The notes below the pieces were generated by a model, which saw only the letters and a program-made list of their open reading frames with translations, was not told the origin of the DNA and did no database searches. Position numbers and translations under genes: made by a program. Source: Bdellovibrionota bacterium (GTDB taxonomy: Bacteria > Bdellovibrionota_C > UBA2361 > OMII01). From it: a stretch of 31,242 nt of DNA. The stretch lies in contig JBIKWQ010000037.1 in assembly GCA_044356215.1 (NCBI GenBank), positions 1 to 31,242 of the forward strand, written 5' to 3'. Positions 18,620 through 29,292 of the stretch are shown here, one piece after another (position 1 is the first letter of the stretch; each line of letters starts with the position of its first letter).

Positions 18620-18779
18620 ATCTAGAGCCAGGAGGAGTGGGATTTGATACTCGAAGAGTATTTCTGAATGAGAAAGTAGCTGTAGCGATGGCGCGTGGCT
18701 TATGGGCGCGGGAGTTGGATACCGATTACCGACACGTCACGGGTTGATCCTTTTAGATGTCCAGAATATCTTTGGTTAG

Positions 18780-18962
18780 GGAAGGTCGGCAAAACCTACC
18801 CGTAGCGAGAAAGTGGAGGTTGAGTTGATATTCGATTTTCGAGATGGGGAAAAACCGGAAGTGTATCCGCTGTGATACATTGAGGATTTTTTCCCATCTC
18901 GAAAACTCGAAGAGCAGCTCAAGATCCGCTTTCGCAGTAGGGAGGGGTTTTGCCGGCCTTCC
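18780..18962. mobile_element. 183-bp MITE, copy 2 (inverted relative to copy 1), flanked by TTAG/TTAG
   Basis: TIRs GGAAGGTCGGCAAAACC ... GGTTTTGCCGGCCTTCC. TTAG at 18776-18779 and 18963-18966. Reverse complement differs from copy 1 at 6 of 183 positions by manual alignment. Confidence 0.9.
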
Positions 18963-19067
18963 TTAGGATATCGCTCTGGATCAAACGACTTACTTCAACG
19001 AGCCGATCTTTAGCGATCCAACAGTTCGCCTGACAGCGAACTTTAACTTCTAGTTCAAAGGATATTT

Positions 19068-20084
19068 GTGACCTTAAATCTCCATTTCTCAGCGGGCACT
19101 CCGGTCCTAGTCACTGGCGCAACCGGTTTCACAGGACAGGCACTTACCCGCAAGCTTGTTGGTATTGGCTGTCGGGTTAGAGCGATAGTCAGGTCCTCTT
19201 CTAATCGCGAGGGGCTTAAAGATCTGCCTATTGAATGGATTGAGGGAGATGTATTTGACCCAGCAGTGGTTGAGCGCGCCTGTGTTGGTGTTCATTACAT
19301 CTTTCATGTCGCCGCGGCTTATCGCGAGGCGAAGATATCTGATGAGACATATACCAAAGTTCATATCGAGAGCACCAAGCTATTGGCGCAGGCAGTGGTC
19401 AGGCGCGAGGAGTTTAAACGTTTTGTTCATGTCTCTACAGTAGGGGTTCACGGGCACATAGATGAGCCACCCGCCAACGAGGAGTATCGTTTTAATCCCG
19501 GCGATATCTATCAAAGCACAAAGGCCGAAGCTGAGCGCTGGATCTCGCGATTCTCTAAAGAGACCGGCCTTCCGATAGCTATCGTAAGGCCAGCGGCGAT
19601 CTATGGTCCGGGAGATCGACGTTTGTTAAAGCTCTTTAAGATGGCCAATAAGCGTCTGTTCCCGCTATTTGGCAAAGGGCAGGGGTTGTATCACCTGATT
19701 CATGTAGACGACCTCACCAACATCATCATTACCGCGGCGCTGGCACCGCAAGCCCTAGGAGAGGTGTATATAGCTGGAAATCCCGAACCGAGTCGGCTCG
19801 AAGATATAGCTAAACTGATCGCCGGTGAGATAGGCAACAAGAAGCTTCAATTTATAAGACTACCTGCCTGGCCGCTATTTTTGGCGGCCGATATATGCGA
19901 GGCCATCTGCAAACCTTTAAAGATTGAGCCGCCCATATATCGCAGAAGAGTCGCATTCTTTACCAAGGACAGAGCTTTTGATACCAGGAAATTACGCGAG
20001 GGGCTTGGATATCAGTACTCGCATACAGTTGAAGAGGGATTACGAGCTACCGCGCGGTGGTATCGGGAGAGGGGGTGGGTGTAG
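19068..20084 (+). CDS. NAD-dependent epimerase/dehydratase (extended SDR)
   Basis: VTGATGFTG, FHVAA, HVST, YQSTK (YxxxK), RPAAIYGPGD, IHVDD. Confidence 0.9.
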   Translation: MTLNLHFSAGTPVLVTGATGFTGQALTRKLVGIGCRVRAIVRSSSNREGLKDLPIEWIEGDVFDPAVVERACVGVHYIFHVAAAYREAKISDETYTKVHIESTKLLAQAVVRREEFKRFVHVSTVGVHGHIDEPPANEEYRFNPGDIYQSTKAEAERWISRFSKETGLPIAIVRPAAIYGPGDRRLLKLFKMANKRLFPLFGKGQGLYHLIHVDDLTNIIITAALAPQALGEVYIAGNPEPSRLEDIAKLIAGEIGNKKLQFIRLPAWPLFLAADICEAICKPLKIEPPIYRRRVAFFTKDRAFDTRKLREGLGYQYSHTVEEGLRATARWYRERGWV

Positions 20085-20090
20085 GGTCTT

Positions 20091-20726
20091 CTACAACTCC
20101 CCATGCTCCTGAAAGCTAAAATACCCCCGCCTGGCAAATATTATGTGATCTAGTAATTTCATCCCTAAAGTCTTAGCCGCCTCAGAGAGCTGCTTTGTTA
20201 CCTGTCGGTCTTCAGGGCTAGGAGTAGGATCTCCCGATGGGTGATTGTGCGCTAAAATCACTGAGTATGCGTGGTCGCTTATCGGGCCAACAAAAACCTC
20301 GCGTGGATGTACCGGGCAACTTGTCAGGAGCCCGATACTCACGGTCCTAGTCTTAATAACTTCATGAGCTCCACTTAGCGATATCGACACTACATGTTCC
20401 TGGGGGCGCTCAACTAAGTGTTGCAGTAGTGGCAAAACATCTTTAGCCCCTCGGATCCTGATCCCGTCCGGGCGAATCCTGCGCCTTGAAAACTCTAGAG
20501 ACGCAGCCAGCAGGAGCGCCTTGGATGGACCAATACCCGGTACTTCCAAAAGCGCCGGTAAATTTATTTCAGGCGCGGCTAGCTCTAGGTGCGGAAGAAC
20601 GCGGGAGGCAAGAGTGGCGACGGGGCAGTTTTTGGTGCCCGAGCCCAGCATCACGGCCAACAACTCCTCATCGGTTAAGGCGCGAGCCCCCATAGTTTCA
20701 AGCTTCTCTCTTGGTAATAGATCCAT
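20091..20726 (-). CDS. radC: RadC/UPF0758 JAB-domain protein
   Basis: PREKL...LTDEELLA, GIGPSKA (HhH), VHPREVF, AHNHPSGDPTPSPED, LLDHII. AGGAG RBS upstream. Confidence 0.93.
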   Translation of the reverse strand: MDLLPREKLETMGARALTDEELLAVMLGSGTKNCPVATLASRVLPHLELAAPEINLPALLEVPGIGPSKALLLAASLEFSRRRIRPDGIRIRGAKDVLPLLQHLVERPQEHVVSISLSGAHEVIKTRTVSIGLLTSCPVHPREVFVGPISDHAYSVILAHNHPSGDPTPSPEDRQVTKQLSEAAKTLGMKLLDHIIFARRGYFSFQEHGEL

Positions 20727-20800
20727 TAAGTACTCCTTTTTTGACTGATATAGTATCGCTTGGGGAGGGGAAAAAGTTGCCGGAAGTGAGTGTTAAATTG

Positions 20801-20848
20801 GGGACGTTCACGGGCCCGTTTACGAGCACGTGCAGGCGCACGTTCCCA
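20801..20848. repeat. Short 6-bp-periodic degenerate repeat in the radC/helicase divergent intergenic region
   Basis: gggacg ttcacg ggcccg tttacg agcacg tgcagg cgcacg ttccca; 5 of 8 units end in ACG. Confidence 0.5.
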
Positions 20849-20901
20849 TGTAAAAAACCCCCTGTGTCAAACACGGAAACTGTGTTACACGTACTCTAAC
20901 A

Positions 20902-23577
20902 ATGGAGCAGCGTGAGCTTGACCCCATAGCATGCTTCCTGACGGCGTGTGAGATCGAACGGCGCGAACACCGAGCCGGTCGTCGGGAGCACAAGGTGGTA
21001 AATGGTCGGCAGATTTCAGCCGAAGGTGGTCGTTTTTTCTATCGCTTCGATTTTCAAGGTGAATCAGATCTCCGCGAGGACAATTCAGTCCAGGTCATAG
21101 TCAACGACGGATTCTATCAGGGAACAGTTAAAGCTTTGGCGGCGCGGTCGCTTACTATCTCTCTGGGCACTGACCTAGGACCGAGCATCTTCAGCGCCCG
21201 ATTAGAGACTCAGGAGCAGGACCTCTTACAGTCGCTAATACTAAGGCTTAAAGACCTAAAGGCCGGTCGTGATGCTGCGTCCTGGAATCTGGACCTAGCT
21301 AAAAGCGCCCTGAACCTAAATTCGCTCCCACAAGAAGATTTTCCGACTGCTAGTTTGAGACCAGCCGACGACCTTACCCCCGATCAGAACCTGGCGCTGG
21401 CGCGGTGCATGGCTCAACCTGTGACGTACGTTTGGGGACCTCCGGGAACCGGAAAGACGGTTCTCTTAGCCGCGATGGCTCTACAGCTTTATCAGGCTAA
21501 TAAACGAGTGCTTATAGTGTCCCATACCAATCATGCGGTAGATGGGGTTGTCGAGAGCCTATGTAAGAGGATTACAGATAAAGGCAAGGGGCGACACTCT
21601 GTGGCTGAGGGGAGCATCTTAAGGGTCGGCTCACTTGTTAAAGAGTCGCTCATTAAGCGGTATTCGGATCAGGTTAGCTTAGACGCGGTAATTAATAAGA
21701 GCCACGAGAAGGTATCTCAACGATTGGCAGCGCTTAATGTTGAGCTATCTGGTGTTAGAGACCAACTCTTTAGCACATCGCGTGCTTTGACTCTGATTGA
21801 TACACATAAGCAGCTCCGCGAGGAGATCGACCGCGTTAGGAACTCTGATTTAAACGCCGATGTCGGCTTTATATCATCTCTCCGTTCGACACTTACAGAC
21901 CCTGATTCTAGAGGCTACACCTCGAATAATGACACAGATGCTCCAATAACTGACTTAGTCGAGTTTATGGAGGAGAGCTTAAGGCGCGTTGAGTCGGAGG
22001 TGGCAGGGGCTGACAAGGAGATTTTAAATGAGAGAACTCTTGAGCTTTCAGCGAGACAGCTAGAGTTGACTGAAGCGATCGCGGTGCTCGAGAAGTTTAT
22101 CAGAGACCTGCGCCTGAGCCTTTTAGACCGTGCTCGCATAATAGCAACGACCGCCACTCACGCGATGTTGTCTGTGAAGGACTTGTCCGACTTTGACGCT
22201 GTGTTGATTGACGAGGCTTCGATGTTGCCTCTACCACTTAGTTTTCTTCTCTGCGCCCGCGCTCGTGAGCGAGTAGTAATAGCTGGTGATTTTAGGCAGC
22301 TTCCGGCGATAGTCCGTTCCGATTCGCCGACCGTTCAGCAGTGGTATGGTCGGGATATATTTGATTGCGCTGGTGTGATCGACCTCGTTGATTCCGGCAA
22401 AGAGCATCCGTCGGTTGTTCCATTAACGACCCAATTCCGCAGCCATGAAGTGTTGTGTGGATTGATCAATAATCGTTTTTACAACGGGCTACTAAAGACA
22501 AAAACAGACTCATCCTCTGAGCGATATATCTTCCGTGACCCGCTGGCATACCTTAATCGCTCGCCCGTTGTCTTGGTCGACACCTCGGAGATCGCTCCTT
22601 GTGGTGAGATAGCCCAGGGATCAAAGAGCAACCTCCAGCACGCCTTGGTGGTTCGTAAATTGGCGCTTTTGCTCTCAGCGCATGGCGTCGCGGTTCTCCC
22701 AGAGGCACTAGGAGTGATTGTACCATATAGAGCCCAGGCTGATTTGGTGCGATCGCTCTTAGATGAGTGCGCCTTAGGAGATATCGTATCGGTTGGAACA
22801 GTGCATAAATTTCAAGGTAGTGAACGAGAGGCGATAATTCTAGATCTCACAGAGAGCGCTCCGCATAAGATAGGACGGTTCCTCAATCCAAATTCTCTTA
22901 GGGATACAGGCGCTAGGTTGCTTAATGTTGCTCTTAGCAGGGCTAGACGTCATCTGATCGTTGTGGCGAATCTTAAGCATCTTCGCTCTCAGTTAAAGAT
23001 GCGGAGTCTGATGTGGGGAATACTCGATGACTTAGAGCGAGTTGGTTACAGACTCTCCGTTTCAGACCTGATCAATGAGCGGATATTCTCAACGCCTTCC
23101 AGAGAAGCGTGCGAATCGCCGGGGCTCTTAGCGTTCCAAGCCTTCGAGCAATCTCTTTTTATGCCGGCTCTAGTGGCGGATCTGATCGATGCTCGAAGCG
23201 AAGTTGTTTTCTCAACAACGAGCATAAATGAGCGGTGCGTTACTATTACGAACTCAGTCTTGGAAGAGGGCATAAAGCGGGGACTTAAAGTATCGGTAAG
23301 ATATGATGAAAGAAATATGCGCGGGCATGACAGCCAGGTAGCTCTTAATCGCTTGCGAAGAGCAGGGGTCGCGACCATCGCAGTAGATGGCGATGTAAAA
23401 GATATGATTGTGATCGATTCTGAAGTTGTGTGGTCGGGTTCACTTGCGCCCCTAGATGCTTTAAAAGATGGAGATGGCGTGATGACCCGAGTAGTAAGTG
23501 GCGAAGCGGCGCTTAGAGCGCTGTACGATATAGAGACTGAGCCTCGCTCGCCTATGCTTAGGCTGGTGGGGGCTTAA
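20902..23577 (+). CDS. Superfamily 1 DNA2/NAM7 (UPF1-like) helicase with a coiled-coil insert and a degenerate C-terminal PLD-like domain
   Basis: [51 protein letters not shown]-terminal [11 protein letters not shown]. Confidence 0.88.
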   Translation: MEQRELDPIACFLTACEIERREHRAGRREHKVVNGRQISAEGGRFFYRFDFQGESDLREDNSVQVIVNDGFYQGTVKALAARSLTISLGTDLGPSIFSARLETQEQDLLQSLILRLKDLKAGRDAASWNLDLAKSALNLNSLPQEDFPTASLRPADDLTPDQNLALARCMAQPVTYVWGPPGTGKTVLLAAMALQLYQANKRVLIVSHTNHAVDGVVESLCKRITDKGKGRHSVAEGSILRVGSLVKESLIKRYSDQVSLDAVINKSHEKVSQRLAALNVELSGVRDQLFSTSRALTLIDTHKQLREEIDRVRNSDLNADVGFISSLRSTLTDPDSRGYTSNNDTDAPITDLVEFMEESLRRVESEVAGADKEILNERTLELSARQLELTEAIAVLEKFIRDLRLSLLDRARIIATTATHAMLSVKDLSDFDAVLIDEASMLPLPLSFLLCARARERVVIAGDFRQLPAIVRSDSPTVQQWYGRDIFDCAGVIDLVDSGKEHPSVVPLTTQFRSHEVLCGLINNRFYNGLLKTKTDSSSERYIFRDPLAYLNRSPVVLVDTSEIAPCGEIAQGSKSNLQHALVVRKLALLLSAHGVAVLPEALGVIVPYRAQADLVRSLLDECALGDIVSVGTVHKFQGSEREAIILDLTESAPHKIGRFLNPNSLRDTGARLLNVALSRARRHLIVVANLKHLRSQLKMRSLMWGILDDLERVGYRLSVSDLINERIFSTPSREACESPGLLAFQAFEQSLFMPALVADLIDARSEVVFSTTSINERCVTITNSVLEEGIKRGLKVSVRYDERNMRGHDSQVALNRLRRAGVATIAVDGDVKDMIVIDSEVVWSGSLAPLDALKDGDGVMTRVVSGEAALRALYDIETEPRSPMLRLVGA

Positions 23578-23665
23578 TCCTAAAAACGATATAATTTACC
23601 AACTGTACAAACCAGCCAATCCGCTCAAAAATAAAGAAGCACTAATATTTAGTATCATTACTCCT

Positions 23666-25621
23666 ATGACCGACCTAAAGGACTTTCCAATCCCAGAGAG
23701 CATGAAAGAGCGTGCCTTGATTAATGCCGAGCGTTATCGCGAGATGTATCAAAGGTCCGTATCAGACCCGACCGGCTTTTGGGCTGAGCAGGCTCAAGAG
23801 TTGATTACCTGGCGAGCCCCGTGGAGCTCTGTGCTTGATTGGGATTTTAAGCACGGTCACGTCCGTTGGTTTGAGGGCGGCAAGTTAAATATCTCAGAGA
23901 ACTGCGTCGATCGTCACCTCGGCACACGAGGCGACAAAATAGCGATTATCTGGGAGGGGAACGAACCGGGGGATTGTATAAAGATTACATACAGAGAGCT
24001 GCACAACGAGCTATGCCGCGCTACAACGGTTCTCCGTTCTTTGGGGATCACAAAAGGCGATAGGGTAGCGATATATCTGCCGATGATTCCAGAGGCCGCG
24101 ATCTTAATGTTAGCGTGCGCGCGGATCGGAGCGATCCATACAGTTGTGTTCGCTGGCTTTAGCGCCGAGTCCCTCCGCGACCGAATTAATGACTGCGGTT
24201 GTAAGTTAGTAATCACAGCCAACGAGGGCTTAAGGGGCGCTAAAGCGATCCCTCTTAAAGCAACGGTAGACCAAGCTCTTGAAGGTTGCCCCACAGTAGA
24301 GCGAGTTTTAGTGGTAAAGCGTACAGAGACCGAGTGCGCGATGCGGAACGGAAGAGACCTGTGGTACCACGAAGAGCTTGAGCGGACAAAAGGTAATGAC
24401 AACTCAAGTCCAGCCGAGATGGATTCTGAGGATCCACTTTTTATTCTTTATACAAGCGGCTCGACAGGGAAGCCTAAAGGGGTGCTTCACACAACAGCGG
24501 GATATCTGCTCCAGGTTAGCTTAACCCATCGTTATGTATTTAACCTAAGTGAGGACGATATTCACTTCTGTACGGCTGACGTTGGTTGGATTACAGGACA
24601 CTCTTACGTTGTTTATGGTCCGTTAGCTAACGGTGCTACAACGATAATGTTCGAGTCGATTCCGACTTATCCTGACCCGGGCCGTTATTGGGATGTCGTA
24701 GAACGACATAAAGCTACTATTGTTTATACAGCTCCTACTGCGATCAGAGCGTTAGCCAAGGAAGGGGACCACCACGTCACGCGATACGATCGATCATCAA
24801 TCAGAGTTCTTGGAACCGTAGGTGAGCCTATAAATCGCGATGCTTGGCTGTGGTATCACTCAGTTGTTGGTAACAGTCGGTGTCCGATCGTAGACACGTG
24901 GTGGCAGACAGAGACAGGTGGTGTGCTTATCTCGCCGCTCCCTGGAGCTACGCGAGCGAAGCCGGGCTCAGCCACTCTGCCACTATTTGGCGTTCAACCT
25001 GTTATCGTAGACGAAAGTGGTAAAGAGGTTGTCGGCAACGGAGTATCTGGAATACTCTGCATCCGTTTCCCGTGGCCCGGAATGGCCCGCACGGTTTACG
25101 GCGATCACGCGAGGTTTAAGCAGACCTATTTCTCTACGTATCCAGGATTGTATTTTACGGGGGATGGTTGTCGTCGCGATGAAGATGGATATTACTGGAT
25201 AACAGGTCGCGTCGATGATGTTGTTAACGTAGCTGGGCATCGATTAGGTACAGCGGAGGTTGAGAGCGCGATCGTTAGGTCGGGCGTAGTAGCTGAAGCC
25301 GCTGTAGTTGGTATTCCTCACCCGATAAAAGGTCAAGGGATCGCTGCTTTCTGCGTGCTTAACGACGCGGGGAAGGACGACGTAGATACTAAAAATAAGA
25401 TCATCGCGGCCGTTAGAGAGGTGATATCGCCAATCGCTACGCCTGATGAGATTTGGTGTGTTCCCGGATTACCTAAGACCAGATCTGGAAAGATCATGCG
25501 TAGAATATTGAGAAAGATCGCTGAGAGTGAATACGAGAGTGTGGGGGATGTTACCACGCTCGCGGAGCCTAGTGTGGTAGAGGCGATTATCAGCCGTGTG
25601 CGTAGGGGGCGGTCGCTATAG
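23666..25621 (+). CDS. acs: Acetyl-CoA synthetase (acetate-CoA ligase)
   Basis: [53 protein letters not shown]. Confidence 0.97.
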   Translation: MTDLKDFPIPESMKERALINAERYREMYQRSVSDPTGFWAEQAQELITWRAPWSSVLDWDFKHGHVRWFEGGKLNISENCVDRHLGTRGDKIAIIWEGNEPGDCIKITYRELHNELCRATTVLRSLGITKGDRVAIYLPMIPEAAILMLACARIGAIHTVVFAGFSAESLRDRINDCGCKLVITANEGLRGAKAIPLKATVDQALEGCPTVERVLVVKRTETECAMRNGRDLWYHEELERTKGNDNSSPAEMDSEDPLFILYTSGSTGKPKGVLHTTAGYLLQVSLTHRYVFNLSEDDIHFCTADVGWITGHSYVVYGPLANGATTIMFESIPTYPDPGRYWDVVERHKATIVYTAPTAIRALAKEGDHHVTRYDRSSIRVLGTVGEPINRDAWLWYHSVVGNSRCPIVDTWWQTETGGVLISPLPGATRAKPGSATLPLFGVQPVIVDESGKEVVGNGVSGILCIRFPWPGMARTVYGDHARFKQTYFSTYPGLYFTGDGCRRDEDGYYWITGRVDDVVNVAGHRLGTAEVESAIVRSGVVAEAAVVGIPHPIKGQGIAAFCVLNDAGKDDVDTKNKIIAAVREVISPIATPDEIWCVPGLPKTRSGKIMRRILRKIAESEYESVGDVTTLAEPSVVEAIISRVRRGRSL

Positions 25622-25953
25622 GCCTAACATCACCTACAATTAGTAATCGATAGCTCTGGGCCTAACTAAATCGCTAACCCCCTGTTTTCTCTCGGCGAGA
25701 ATCGCTATGTTAAATCCTCTCCGCATGCTATTGTCACAAGTTCTTAGTGAAGTTTTCCCGGCACCACGCGTTACGTTCGATGGTGACCAGCCCTTATCGC
25801 TCCGCCGGACGCTCTAACGGATTGTAGGCTTTACTACCGTAGATGAAATACAGAGGATGTGTCGCTCCGGCAGCTCCAGCCTCAATAAAATAAACGATCG
25901 GGCTTAATGCCGGGCTAAATCTCTTAGACGGCTTCCGACAATATAAGGATGTT

Positions 25954-27939
25954 ATGACTGTAGAAACCTCAACCAGTGGTGATGCCGCTGTGTGCTCTTT
26001 TGATACGATGCCTCTAGCTACGTTTCTGAAGGAGACTATTAAAACTGTTGGATACACAACTCCAACCCCGATTCAAGCTGGAGCAATTCCTCTAGTGCTA
26101 GAGGGTCGAGATCTGATCGGACTAGCTCAAACAGGAACAGGAAAGACGGCAGCGTTCGTCCTTCCGTTACTTCAAAAGCTAAGTGGCGGCAAGAAGCGTG
26201 GTGTTCAGGCGATTGTTCTCGCTCCGACACGTGAGTTAGCGGAGCAGATTAATGATGTCATTAAACTCTTCGCGCCACGTACAGGTGTTCGTTCTGTAAC
26301 GATCTATGGAGGAGTATCTCATCGTGGTCAGATAGCTCAGCTTCGTGCCAACGCTCAGGTAGTTGTGGCTTGCCCAGGACGTCTCATGGACCATATCCGC
26401 GGCGGCACGATCGATCTCTCTGGGGTCGATCACCTAATCCTCGATGAGGCCGATCGCATGTTAGATATGGGATTCATGCCAGATATCAGAGCAATCATCG
26501 CTGAGCTTCCGGTAGAGAGACAGACTCTACTCTTCTCAGCGACGATGCCTGATGAGATCGCGTCTCTAGCCAAGTCAGTGCTTAGAGAGCCAACTACGAT
26601 CAAGGTAAAATCAGAAGAGCCGGTAGCTTTGGTTACCCACTCGATGATCACCGTTAAACAGGAAGAGAAGGGCGAGGCGCTCGCTTCATGGCTTCGTGGA
26701 AATCCAGAGGCTCTTGTTGTCGTCTTTACCAAGATGAAGCACACAGCGAAGAGATTAGGAGATCGTTTAACTAAGGACGGCGTTCCAGCGACAGCGTTAC
26801 ACGGAAATCTCTCGCAGGCTCAACGTCAGAAGGCCCTTAAAGGCTTTCGCGATGGACGTTGCAGGGCACTGATCGCAACGGATATCGCTTCGCGCGGAAT
26901 CGACGTTGAGGGAGTTACGCATGTAATTAACTACGACATGCCAGAGACCCTCGATGCCTATATTCACCGTACGGGTCGTGCTGGACGGGCTTCTAGAGAA
27001 GGTAGCGCTGTATCATTTGTAACAAGGGGTGACCGATTTATTCTCCGCGATGTAGAGAAGTGGATCGGTAAGTCGCTAATCAGATTAAATGGTGGTGATG
27101 AGCTTAGTGGCGATGCTCCTAGTGAGAACGAAGGCAGGGAGCGCCGTACCCGTGGAGCAAACACAGAGCGTCGCGGCGGACGCAGTGCTGGTAGGGGAGC
27201 GCCGAAGCGTTTTGAGCGCCCTAATCGTCGTGTTCGTACTAGTGAAGGCGATGCTGAGAGGCAACCTCGCGATGAGGCTAGCTCTGATACTCGACGTTCT
27301 GATTCAAGGCCGAGACGTTTTGATAGAGAGGATGGAAGAAGAGGTGGAGACCGCAGGCAGCCTCGCTTCAATCGTGACTCAAACTACGAGGGACGCCCTA
27401 ACCGTCGAGACGGCGAGGCAGCTGAATCAAGGAGTGACGGACGCTCTTCTGGTCGTTTTGGACGTTCTGCAGGATATCAAGGTCGCGGTGCTCGCCGTGA
27501 TGAGAGATCTGGCGAGAGGCGCGAGTGGAGCAGGTCCGATTCGCGTCCGGCTCAAGAGGATTCATTTGAGCGCAAACCACGCGGAGAGAGGACTGGAGGC
27601 TTCTCAAGAGGTGGCGAGCGAGCAGGTGGCTTCTCAAGGGGTGGAGAGCGAACTGGCGGCTTCTCAAGAGGCGGTGAGCGATCTTCGGGGAGTCCAGGTA
27701 GAAGGGGCGGAGCTGGAGCAAGGACAGGTGGACGTGGGAAAAGTTTCCGTGGTCAGTCTGACATCAGCCCAAGCTCTGATTACGTTTACAAGGAGAGACA
27801 GCCGTATTTTATCGAGGGCGGATTAAGCGAAGGTAGTAAGCCAAGAGCGAGTCGTCCAGGTAGGAGCGGCGGCTGGACCGGACGTTCTAACAGACGTGGA
27901 CCTGGCGGCCCAGGACGCAGAGGCGGGCGCAGCGAGTAA
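25954..27939 (+). CDS. DEAD-box RNA helicase (RhlE-like core) with a ~280-aa Arg/Gly-rich disordered tail
   Basis: GYTTPTPIQ, AQTGTGKT, PTRELA, DEAD, SAT, HRTGRAGR. AAGGA RBS upstream. Confidence 0.95.
   Translation: MTVETSTSGDAAVCSFDTMPLATFLKETIKTVGYTTPTPIQAGAIPLVLEGRDLIGLAQTGTGKTAAFVLPLLQKLSGGKKRGVQAIVLAPTRELAEQINDVIKLFAPRTGVRSVTIYGGVSHRGQIAQLRANAQVVVACPGRLMDHIRGGTIDLSGVDHLILDEADRMLDMGFMPDIRAIIAELPVERQTLLFSATMPDEIASLAKSVLREPTTIKVKSEEPVALVTHSMITVKQEEKGEALASWLRGNPEALVVVFTKMKHTAKRLGDRLTKDGVPATALHGNLSQAQRQKALKGFRDGRCRALIATDIASRGIDVEGVTHVINYDMPETLDAYIHRTGRAGRASREGSAVSFVTRGDRFILRDVEKWIGKSLIRLNGGDELSGDAPSENEGRERRTRGANTERRGGRSAGRGAPKRFERPNRRVRTSEGDAERQPRDEASSDTRRSDSRPRRFDREDGRRGGDRRQPRFNRDSNYEGRPNRRDGEAAESRSDGRSSGRFGRSAGYQGRGARRDERSGERREWSRSDSRPAQEDSFERKPRGERTGGFSRGGERAGGFSRGGERTGGFSRGGERSSGSPGRRGGAGARTGGRGKSFRGQSDISPSSDYVYKERQPYFIEGGLSEGSKPRASRPGRSGGWTGRSNRRGPGGPGRRGGRSE
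27581..27680 (+). repeat. 30-bp in-frame tandem repeat (about 3.3 copies) encoding GER(T/A)GGFSRG
   Basis: gcggagagaggactggaggcttctcaagag / gtggcgagcgagcaggtggcttctcaaggg / gtggagagcgaactggcggcttctcaagag / gcggtgagcg. Confidence 0.9.
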
Positions 27940-27950
27940 GCTAACTCTAG

Positions 27951-27983
27951 TGGTCACGCCCTTCAGATATTGGGGCGTGACCA
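27951..27983 (+). terminator. Stem-loop after the DEAD-box gene (terminator or 3' stabilising hairpin)
   Basis: Perfect 11-bp stem TGGTCACGCCC / GGGCGTGACCA starting 12 bp after the stop; no clear U-tract. Confidence 0.6.
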
Positions 27984-28028
27984 TAAACCAGCAGACCATC
28001 AAAGCCAGTTGTCACGCTTAGAAGCTCT

Positions 28029-28060
28029 AAAAAAGAAGGATGCGGATGGAGTCGATCCGC
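28029..28060 (-). terminator. Possible intrinsic terminator of the tdh-kbl operon
   Basis: 6-bp stem GCGGAT/ATCCGC (28042-28060) followed on the minus strand by ATCCTTCTTTTTT. Confidence 0.4.
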
Positions 28061-28082
28061 TGCTTAAAGCAGTTGGGATCTT

Positions 28083-29273
28083 TTAAGCCCCAACTCCGTG
28101 CCGCTTACCGACTTTAGCGAAGGCCTCTAAAGCACGATCAAGATCCGCGCGCGAATGGCCCGCTGATATCTGAACCCTGATGCGCGCTTGACCCTGCGGA
28201 ACCACCGGGTAAGAGAATCCAATTACATAGATCCCCTCGTTTAACATATCATCAGCGATCGTCGCCGCAAGTCTGGCGTCTCCAAGCATAATCGGAACGA
28301 TCGGATGTATTCCAGGACGTACGGTGTATCCGGTTTTAACTATCTCACTTCGGAAGTAACGAGTATTCTCTCTTAACTGAGCCACAAGCTCGGTATTCTT
28401 CTCTAACAGATCCAGACATGCCAAAGATGCAGTTACTAGGGCAGGGGCCACAGTGTTACTAAATAGGTATGGCCTGCTGCGTTGTCTTAGAAGCGATATG
28501 ATCTCCTTGCGCCCGGTGGTGAACCCACCACTCGCGCCGCCGAGAGCCTTGCCGAGGGTCGATGTAACCACATCGATCTTCCCCATAACACCACACTCCT
28601 CAATCGACCCGCGTCCAGTTGACCCAAGGAACCCGGTAGCATGGCATTCGTCAACCATAGTCAGCGCGCCGTACTGTTCAGCTAACTTTTGAATCTCCGC
28701 TAACGGCGCGATATCTCCATCCATAGAGAAGACTCCATCGGTGGCGATCATCATTCTGCGAGCCTTTGGCTTCGCCTCTTTCAAACACCGCTCAAGATCG
28801 TTTAGGTCGTTGTGAACGTAACGATATCTCTGAGCCTTGCAGAGCCTGACTCCATCGATAATCGAGGCGTGGTTCAACGCGTCACTTATTATCGCGTCCT
28901 GTTCACCTAAAACAGTTTCGAAGAGTCCGCCGTTCGCGTCAAAGCATGACGGATAAAGAATCGTATCCTCGGTTCCCAAGAATTTGGCGATGGCTGCCTC
29001 AAGCTCCTTGTGAATCGTTTGAGTCCCACAGATAAACCTTACTGACGAGAGTCCTAGCCCCCAATTATCGATCCCGTCTTTAGCGGCCTCACGCAACCGA
29101 GGATGGTTAGCCAGACCAAGATAGTTATTGGCGCAGAAATTAAGTACCTTTTTGCCGTTAACGGTTATCTGCGCCTCTTGAGGAGATTGAATAACGCGCT
29201 CACTCTTCCACAGCCCAGACTCTTGTATCGCTTTTAGCTCGGCCTCAAACTGCTGACGTGTTTGCTCGTTCAT
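28083..29273 (-). CDS. kbl: Glycine C-acetyltransferase (2-amino-3-ketobutyrate CoA ligase)
   Basis: [56 protein letters not shown]. Confidence 0.97.
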   Translation of the reverse strand: MNEQTRQQFEAELKAIQESGLWKSERVIQSPQEAQITVNGKKVLNFCANNYLGLANHPRLREAAKDGIDNWGLGLSSVRFICGTQTIHKELEAAIAKFLGTEDTILYPSCFDANGGLFETVLGEQDAIISDALNHASIIDGVRLCKAQRYRYVHNDLNDLERCLKEAKPKARRMMIATDGVFSMDGDIAPLAEIQKLAEQYGALTMVDECHATGFLGSTGRGSIEECGVMGKIDVVTSTLGKALGGASGGFTTGRKEIISLLRQRSRPYLFSNTVAPALVTASLACLDLLEKNTELVAQLRENTRYFRSEIVKTGYTVRPGIHPIVPIMLGDARLAATIADDMLNEGIYVIGFSYPVVPQGQARIRVQISAGHSRADLDRALEAFAKVGKRHGVGA

Positions 29274-29292
29274 CTTCTAATCTCTCCTAAAA

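Noticed and set aside
15164..18966. A single composite transposon inserted as one unit
   Set aside because: The outer flanks differ (TTAA vs TTAG) and each copy has its own duplication, indicating two independent insertions.
20091..23577. radC plus helicase as a prophage or defence island
   Set aside because: There is no integrase, att site or other defence gene, both flanks are housekeeping genes, and radC has the chromosomal-type N-terminus.
27581..27680. CRISPR array
   Set aside because: The 30-bp units are contiguous, in-frame and coding, with no spacers and no cas genes.
27089..27826. 245-aa alternative-frame ORF, plus antisense ORFs at 26964-27371 and 27398-27721
   Set aside because: These are shadows of the low-complexity helicase tail with no recognisable motifs.
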